Below, piece by piece: positions 58,551-64,000 of a stretch of 64,000 nt of DNA. The DNA comes from a virus. Under the pieces are notes generated by a model. The model worked only from the letters and a program-made list of their open reading frames with translations, was not told the origin of the DNA and made no database searches. The stretch spans positions 87,224-151,223 of the IMG/VR virus record IMGVR_UViG_3300032103_000260; one strand, 5' to 3'. Each line of letters begins with the position of its first letter. The first letter of the stretch is position 1. A program made the position numbers and the translations under genes.

Positions 58551-59171
58551 ATGTTATTAAATTTAATTAATTTAAGTAAAAAATATAATATAAAGATTGA
58601 TGGTATTATTCATATTGGGGCACACTTTGCAGAAGAACATCAAACATATAAACAACTAAACGTAAGTAATATAGTTTATTTTGAGCCAGTAGCTAAAACA
58701 TTTAAAGTATTATCTGAAAGAATAAAAGATAATAGTGTTCTTTATAATTATGCACTAGGTAATGAAGATAAGGATATTGAAATGTTTATTGAAGATGCTG
58801 ATGCTTATGGATGTTCATCAATATTACAGCCTAGTTCTAACTATATTAATGTACCTTTCAGTACTAAAGAGATTGTGAAAATGAAACGTTTAGATAGTTT
58901 TAATTTTGTTGGATATAATTTTCTTAATATTGATGTTCAAGGATATGAATTAGAAGTGTTAAAAGGATCATATGAGACATTGAAAAAAATTGATTACATA
59001 GTATGTGAAATAAATAGAGAAGTACCACAAAAATGTTTAGATTATGTAGGATCAAGTACAGTTAATCAAGTATCAGAATATTTAAAACAGTTCGGATTTG
59101 AGTTGGTTGAAACAAGTTGGGATGGTATTTCTTGGGGTGATGGATTTTATTTAAAGAAAAATAACTATTAA
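58551..59171 (+). CDS. FkbM-family methyltransferase
   Basis: IHIGAH, FEP, ALG, SSIL, RLD, NIDVQGYELEVLKG, WGDGFY. Confidence 0.9.
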   Translation: MLLNLINLSKKYNIKIDGIIHIGAHFAEEHQTYKQLNVSNIVYFEPVAKTFKVLSERIKDNSVLYNYALGNEDKDIEMFIEDADAYGCSSILQPSSNYINVPFSTKEIVKMKRLDSFNFVGYNFLNIDVQGYELEVLKGSYETLKKIDYIVCEINREVPQKCLDYVGSSTVNQVSEYLKQFGFELVETSWDGISWGDGFYLKKNNY

Positions 59172-59180
59172 AATAATATA

Positions 59181-60221
59181 ATGCATGAAATGAAAAAAAT
59201 ATTAGTATTAGGCGGTGGAGGTTTTATTGGCGGTCACTTAGCAAAAAAACTTAAAACCCAAGGCAATTGGGTTAGAGTTGTGGACATTAAAAAACATGAA
59301 TATTTCAGTGAAGATGAAATTTGCGATGAGTTTATTTTGGGTGATTTACGTGATATTGGTTTAGTGTCAAGAGTTATGTTTTCACCAACTCAAACATCTT
59401 TAGATGATAATGAAAACTCTTTTGATGAGGTATATCAACTAGCAGCAGATATGGGTGGTGCTGGTTATATATTTACTGGTGATAATGATGCTAATGTTAT
59501 ACATAATTCCGCATTAATAAACTTAAATGTGGCATTTGAAGCAATTAAAAAAGGCGTAAAAAAAATATTTTATAGTTCCTCTGCATGTATGTATCCAGCA
59601 TATAATCAAGAAGACCCTAACAATCCAAATTGTGAAGAATCATCAGCATATCCAGCAGCACCAGATAGTGAATATGGTTGGGAAAAATTATTTAGTGAAA
59701 GACTGTATTTAGCATTTAATAGAAACTATGGTTTAAATGTTAGAATAGCAAGATTTCATAATATATTTGGTACGCATGGCACTTGGCGTGGTGGAAAAGA
59801 AAAAGCACCTGCTGCAATTTGTAGAAAAGTTGCAGAAACACCGGATGGTGGTGAAATTGAAATATGGGGTAATGGAGAACAAACTAGATCATTTTTATAT
59901 ATTGATGAATGTGTTGAAGCTGTAATTAGATTAATGAATAGTGAATTTAATAAGCCAGTAAATATTGGTTCAGAAGAAATGGTTAGTATTAATCAATTAG
60001 CCAAAATGATTATTAATTTATCTAAAAAAAATATAAAAATAAAAAATATTGATGGACAAGATTTTATTGAAAAATATGGTTTTAAATGTCCTGTAGGTGT
60101 AAAAGGTAGAAATTCAGACAATAAATTATATCGAGATAATATTGGTTGGGAAGTTAATCAACCATTAATTGAAGGTATATATAAAACATATAATTGGATT
60201 AATAAACAAATAGATGTATGA
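59181..60221 (+). CDS. NDP-sugar epimerase, GDP-mannose 3',5'-epimerase-like
   Basis: GGGGFIG, LAADMGGAG, SSSACMY, YGWEK, RFHNIFG, EKAPAAICRK, GVKGRNSDN. Confidence 0.88.
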   Translation: MHEMKKILVLGGGGFIGGHLAKKLKTQGNWVRVVDIKKHEYFSEDEICDEFILGDLRDIGLVSRVMFSPTQTSLDDNENSFDEVYQLAADMGGAGYIFTGDNDANVIHNSALINLNVAFEAIKKGVKKIFYSSSACMYPAYNQEDPNNPNCEESSAYPAAPDSEYGWEKLFSERLYLAFNRNYGLNVRIARFHNIFGTHGTWRGGKEKAPAAICRKVAETPDGGEIEIWGNGEQTRSFLYIDECVEAVIRLMNSEFNKPVNIGSEEMVSINQLAKMIINLSKKNIKIKNIDGQDFIEKYGFKCPVGVKGRNSDNKLYRDNIGWEVNQPLIEGIYKTYNWINKQIDV

Positions 60222-60709
60222 TTGATTTAGTTAATTTTAAAGGTAAAAATTATCCGATGTTTCAAGCTAAAGGTAATGCATCACAATTTGCAATACCATA
60301 TGCATTACATGTATGTAAAGGCGTTGGATTTGATATTGGATGTATGAAAAAAGAATGGGCATATCCTAATTCAATACCTATTGATCTTTCATTTAATGAT
60401 GGTTATTCAGCAAATAATTTACCTAACATTGATTTTGATTATATTTTTAGTTCACATTGTTTAGAGCACATTAATGATTGGGTTGAAACGTTAAATTATT
60501 GGGATAGTAAACTTAAAATTGGTGGGGTAATCTTTTTATATTTACCCGATTATTCTCAAGAATATTGGCGACCTTGGAATAACAGAAAACACGTAAATAT
60601 TCTTAAACCAGAATATTTAGAAGATTATTTTAAAAGCAAAGAGTATTCAAAAATTTTTGTTAGTGGTGTTGATTTAAATAATAGTTTTATGGTAATGGTT
60701 GAAAAATAA
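60218..60709 (+). CDS. Class I SAM methyltransferase
   Basis: FDIGC, DYIFSSHCLEH, LKIGGVIFLYLP. Confidence 0.85.
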   Translation: MIDLVNFKGKNYPMFQAKGNASQFAIPYALHVCKGVGFDIGCMKKEWAYPNSIPIDLSFNDGYSANNLPNIDFDYIFSSHCLEHINDWVETLNYWDSKLKIGGVIFLYLPDYSQEYWRPWNNRKHVNILKPEYLEDYFKSKEYSKIFVSGVDLNNSFMVMVEK

Positions 60710-61289
60710 TATGAAAAAATGTGATAATGTAAGGTTCGGAGATTCAATTGTTGGTTTAAATAAAATTGAATTTATTAAAAGTATTATTCAAAAATTGAAT
60801 GATATTGATGGTGAAATTGCGGAAGTTGGTGTTTATAAAGGTGGAACAGCGAAAATAATTCATAAACAAATAAATAATAAAAATAATTTATTTTTATTTG
60901 ATACATTCTGTGGAATACCGAATAAGAGTGATTTTGATAACCACCATATAATTGGTGATTTTTTTGATAGTTCATATGAAAGTGTTGCTAATCTCTTTAC
61001 TGATGCAGAGAATGTTAAAATATTTAAAGGAATATTCCCAATTGATACTGGAAAATTTATCACGGATTATAAATTTAAATTTGTTCATTTGGATGTTGAT
61101 ATGTACGAATCATATAAAGACGGATTAAACTTTTTTTACAATAAAATGATTGTTGGTGGGTATATTGTTTTTGATGACTATAATGAGATAACATGTATGG
61201 GTGCAACAAAAGCAGTTGATGAATTTTTTAGTGATAAAAAAGAGAAAATAAGAAATATCAATAAAAGTTTTTTTATAATAAAAGAATGA
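60699..61289 (+). CDS. TylF/MycF-family sugar O-methyltransferase
   Basis: EVGVYKGG, FDTFCG, KGIF, HLDVDMY, GGYIVFDDY, AVDEF. Confidence 0.9.
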   Translation: MKNNMKKCDNVRFGDSIVGLNKIEFIKSIIQKLNDIDGEIAEVGVYKGGTAKIIHKQINNKNNLFLFDTFCGIPNKSDFDNHHIIGDFFDSSYESVANLFTDAENVKIFKGIFPIDTGKFITDYKFKFVHLDVDMYESYKDGLNFFYNKMIVGGYIVFDDYNEITCMGATKAVDEFFSDKKEKIRNINKSFFIIKE

Positions 61290-62026
61290 TAGAAAAAAAA
61301 ATCGTAATACATCAACCATCAAAATATGGTGATTTTATAAATGTTATGCCAATTGTTCAAAAATTAATGAACAACGGATACGATGTTTGGTTTCCCCATT
61401 GTAGTACAACAAAAGAGTTGTTAAAACATTTTCCTGATGTTAAAACTTTTGAAATAGGTTGTGTTGATAGTAATACATCTGGAATGGAAGCTAAAAAAAT
61501 AGGTGCGAAATTAATTAATTGTCAAACAAATGATAAATATAGTTCATTATGTACAATACATGGTGGAAATTTATTTATTGAGGAATTAAAATATTATATT
61601 GTTAATGATAATGTTGATATTGAAATAAAATATGAGAATAAATATAAATTAACTTGGAAACGTAATACTGAAAATGAAAATAATTTATTTAAATTACTGA
61701 ACATAAATAATAATGAAGAATATGTTATCACACATACCGTTGGTGATAATGGAAGAGTTGGTATAGTCCCAAAAAGTGAAACAAGAAGAAGAATTGAGAT
61801 AGTAAAATTAAAAGGATACACATTGTTAGATTGGTATGTAGTAATATTGAAGTCTCAAGCAGTATATATGATACAGAGTTCTGCACAATGTTTTGTTGAT
61901 TGTATTAAATATAGTTTAAACAATAAAACATTATATCTATTAAACGATACTTCTAATCCTGAAAGATTATTAGTCCCAGCATATGATTGGAATTTTGAGT
62001 ATTTTATAAACAATAGATTTAAATGA
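61286..62026 (+). CDS. Putative GT-B (GT9-like) glycosyltransferase
   Basis: N-terminal KYGDFINVMP and late QSS motif; island context. Confidence 0.45.
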   Translation: MIEKKIVIHQPSKYGDFINVMPIVQKLMNNGYDVWFPHCSTTKELLKHFPDVKTFEIGCVDSNTSGMEAKKIGAKLINCQTNDKYSSLCTIHGGNLFIEELKYYIVNDNVDIEIKYENKYKLTWKRNTENENNLFKLLNINNNEEYVITHTVGDNGRVGIVPKSETRRRIEIVKLKGYTLLDWYVVILKSQAVYMIQSSAQCFVDCIKYSLNNKTLYLLNDTSNPERLLVPAYDWNFEYFINNRFK

Positions 62027-63039
62027 AAAAAATATTAGTAACATATGGTACAAGACCTGAATTCATAAAGGTAAAACCAGTAATTAAAGAACTTGAAAAA
62101 AAAGGATATAATTACAAGGTTCTATTTACAGGTCAACATGAAATGGTTCGTAATGAAGATTATGATTATAGATTCATAATCGATCATGACGATAGTGTTG
62201 ATAGATTAAGTAATGTATTTTCAACATCATTGGTTGGCTTATCAAAAATATTACAACATAATAATGTTGGTATAACCTATGTATTAGTTCAAGGAGATAC
62301 AACTTCAGCAGTTGCAATTGCAATGGCAGCGTTTCATAATAAAGTAAAAGTTATTCATCTTGAAGCTGGTTTAAGGACATATGATAAGGAAAATCCATTT
62401 CCAGAGGAAGTTAATAGAAGACTTATTTCTGAGATAGCAGATATTCATTTATGTCCAACATTAGAATCATTAATTAATTTAAGAAAGGAAAATATAACTA
62501 ATAATTGTTACATTGTGGGTAATACTGCACTAGATAATTTAGTTGAATATAAGGAAAAATGTGAATACGGTGATATTATATTGATCACAATGCATAGACG
62601 TGAAAATCATGATATTATGGATCAATGGTTTGTTGAATTAAGTAAATTAGCTAAAAAATATCCATATTACAGATTTATTTCACCCATTCACCCCAATCCT
62701 AATGTTCAGAAACATAAATATTTATTAGAAAATATTGAAGTTATTGATCCATTAAGTCATGAAAATTTACTTAATTTACTGGCTAAATGTAAATTAGTAA
62801 TAACTGACAGTGGTGGACTTCAAGAAGAATGTTCATTCTTAAATAAGAAATGTTTAGTGTGTAGAAAAACTACTGAAAGACCTGAATCAGTTGGGTTCAC
62901 ATCTTTCTTAGTTGAAGAACCTACACAACTAAATAGTATTTTTGATGAACATATTAATAATTATATAGTTGATTTTAATTGTCCATATGGTGACGGTAAA
63001 TCAGCAGAAAAAATTTTAAATTTACTTTATGAAAAATAA
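62023..63039 (+). CDS. wecB: UDP-N-acetylglucosamine 2-epimerase (non-hydrolysing)
   Basis: GTRPEFIK, TGQH, VQGDT, HLEAGLR, PFPEE.NR, HRREN, TDSGGLQEE, TERPE, PYGDG. Confidence 0.95.
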   Translation: MKKILVTYGTRPEFIKVKPVIKELEKKGYNYKVLFTGQHEMVRNEDYDYRFIIDHDDSVDRLSNVFSTSLVGLSKILQHNNVGITYVLVQGDTTSAVAIAMAAFHNKVKVIHLEAGLRTYDKENPFPEEVNRRLISEIADIHLCPTLESLINLRKENITNNCYIVGNTALDNLVEYKEKCEYGDIILITMHRRENHDIMDQWFVELSKLAKKYPYYRFISPIHPNPNVQKHKYLLENIEVIDPLSHENLLNLLAKCKLVITDSGGLQEECSFLNKKCLVCRKTTERPESVGFTSFLVEEPTQLNSIFDEHINNYIVDFNCPYGDGKSAEKILNLLYEK

Positions 63040-63199
63040 TATAATAGAATTAATTAGAGAAAAAATCAAAAAAATTGAAATTAAACTAACTCATGAAGGA
63101 TATATTGATGGATGGTAATTACAATATTTAAAAGATAAAAAAGTTAATTTAGAAAAGGAATTAGATGATCTGAAAAAATCAATTTTTGAATTAATATGA
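63029..63199 (+). pseudogene. Small coiled-coil gene with an in-frame TAA
   Basis: MKNNIIELIREKIKKIEIKLTHEGYIDGW*(63116)LQYLKDKKVNLEKELDDLKKSIFELI*, overlapping both neighbours. Confidence 0.5.
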
Positions 63200-63456
63200 A
63201 TATTAAATCATCATCTGAACTACAACAAGCAATAGATAATTATGTGTTAGGTGATAAACATATGTGTTTTGATATTGCTAGATATATAACATATAATTAC
63301 TATATGTATACTCATATAAAAAAAGACTCATTAGAAGATTTGGAAAACGAAAAAATATATAAGAAATTTGAGCAAGAGCATAATGAATTATATGATGAAG
63401 TTGAAAAACAAGTTGATTTTTTATTTAAACGAATGAGTTCAGATTTAGATGATTAA
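63196..63456 (+). CDS. Hypothetical protein
   Basis: 86 aa, in operon. Confidence 0.5.
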   Translation: MNIKSSSELQQAIDNYVLGDKHMCFDIARYITYNYYMYTHIKKDSLEDLENEKIYKKFEQEHNELYDEVEKQVDFLFKRMSSDLDD

Positions 63457-64000
63457 GTTAGCAAAAATATATTATATCGATGAATTAGTAAATCACGAAA
63501 AACTAGATTATATCGATTATGTTTTCGGTGATGATGCTATTGATTTAAATTTCTCATTACCTACACTTATTGTAGGATGGGCATCAGTAAAGAAATTAAT
63601 TAATTCTAGTCAAGATATTGAACATTATAAATATCTTCAGGGTGCATCAATCCTTGATAATAGGATAATATCTAATAATCTATATTGGGCTTATTCATTT
63701 AAAGAGAATAAGCATGGACACATAAGTAAGGTTGAAGAGTTTGTTCAAAATGCACCAAATTTTTACTTTAACTCCAGATATTCATATATTAATCTAGACC
63801 CTATATTTTTTGCCATTGAATCTGTTGAGGAATTAATGAATTTATTACCTAAAACAAATGTGATGGATTTGTTAACTCTTAAAAGAGTTTATACCTATAT
63901 CTATAAGAATGACATGATATATATCTTATGTGATAATAAAATCACAGGTATTGATTTGAAGATATATGATTATTTCAATTTTGATGTTGAGAAAATAAAG
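63449..64000 (+). CDS. Hypothetical protein, truncated by the window's right end
   Basis: MIKLAKNIIIDELVNHEKLDYIDY...LPTLIVGW... appears open to the window end. Confidence 0.65.
   Translation, partial: MIKLAKIYYIDELVNHEKLDYIDYVFGDDAIDLNFSLPTLIVGWASVKKLINSSQDIEHYKYLQGASILDNRIISNNLYWAYSFKENKHGHISKVEEFVQNAPNFYFNSRYSYINLDPIFFAIESVEELMNLLPKTNVMDLLTLKRVYTYIYKNDMIYILCDNKITGIDLKIYDYFNFDVEKIK

Noticed and set aside
52794-63039. Glycan island as a contaminating host LPS/capsule locus
   Set aside because: Same base composition, contiguous with the baseplate genes, interspersed with phage-type small ORFs, shares the phage promoter box, and lacks wzx/wzy/wzz; read-level confirmation is still desirable
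1-64000. Genome-wide stop-codon reassignment (TAG to Gln), as in some Bacteroidota phages
   Set aside because: Long genes are intact under the standard code, several end plausibly at TAG (46204, 57848, 14395), and most interrupting stops are TAA
1-64000. tRNA genes, CRISPR arrays, diversity-generating retroelement repeats
   Set aside because: No cloverleaf/T-loop motifs, regularly spaced direct repeats or reverse transcriptase seen by eye; a tRNAscan/CRISPR search would be needed to exclude them fully

Overview
64 kb of an AT-rich (roughly 25% GC, estimated by eye) jumbo myophage with T4-like head, neck and tail genes. No tRNA, rRNA or CRISPR array was seen. The host is probably a Bacteroidota: there are TTG-N20-TAnnTTTG-type promoters, no Shine-Dalgarno sequences and a Bacteroidota-style lipoprotein. 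The window holds the virion module: SLT transglycosylase, baseplate hub, intein-containing prohead protease, scaffold, major capsid, neck, tail terminator, sheath, tube, gp5-like OB protein, tail chaperone with a -1 frameshift, tape measure and baseplate proteins. It also holds a gp55-like late sigma factor, nucleotide and auxiliary metabolism genes (thyX, dut, phoH, rfbC, phhA) and a roughly 10 kb island of glycosyltransferases, sugar epimerases and O-methyltransferases. Most notable: (i) two free-standing homing endonucleases, each fused to a Mom-like GNAT DNA-modification domain, beside the capsid and sheath genes; (ii) a 14-residue helix shared by the scaffold C-terminus and the N-terminus of a candidate ejection protein, a possible capsid-loading tag; (iii) the methylated-glycan biosynthesis island; (iv) a late-promoter candidate STATTTAT(A), the reverse complement of the T4 late promoter; (v) two -1 slippery sites; (vi) a phage phenylalanine hydroxylase. 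All functional calls come from motif recognition by eye; no database search was run.
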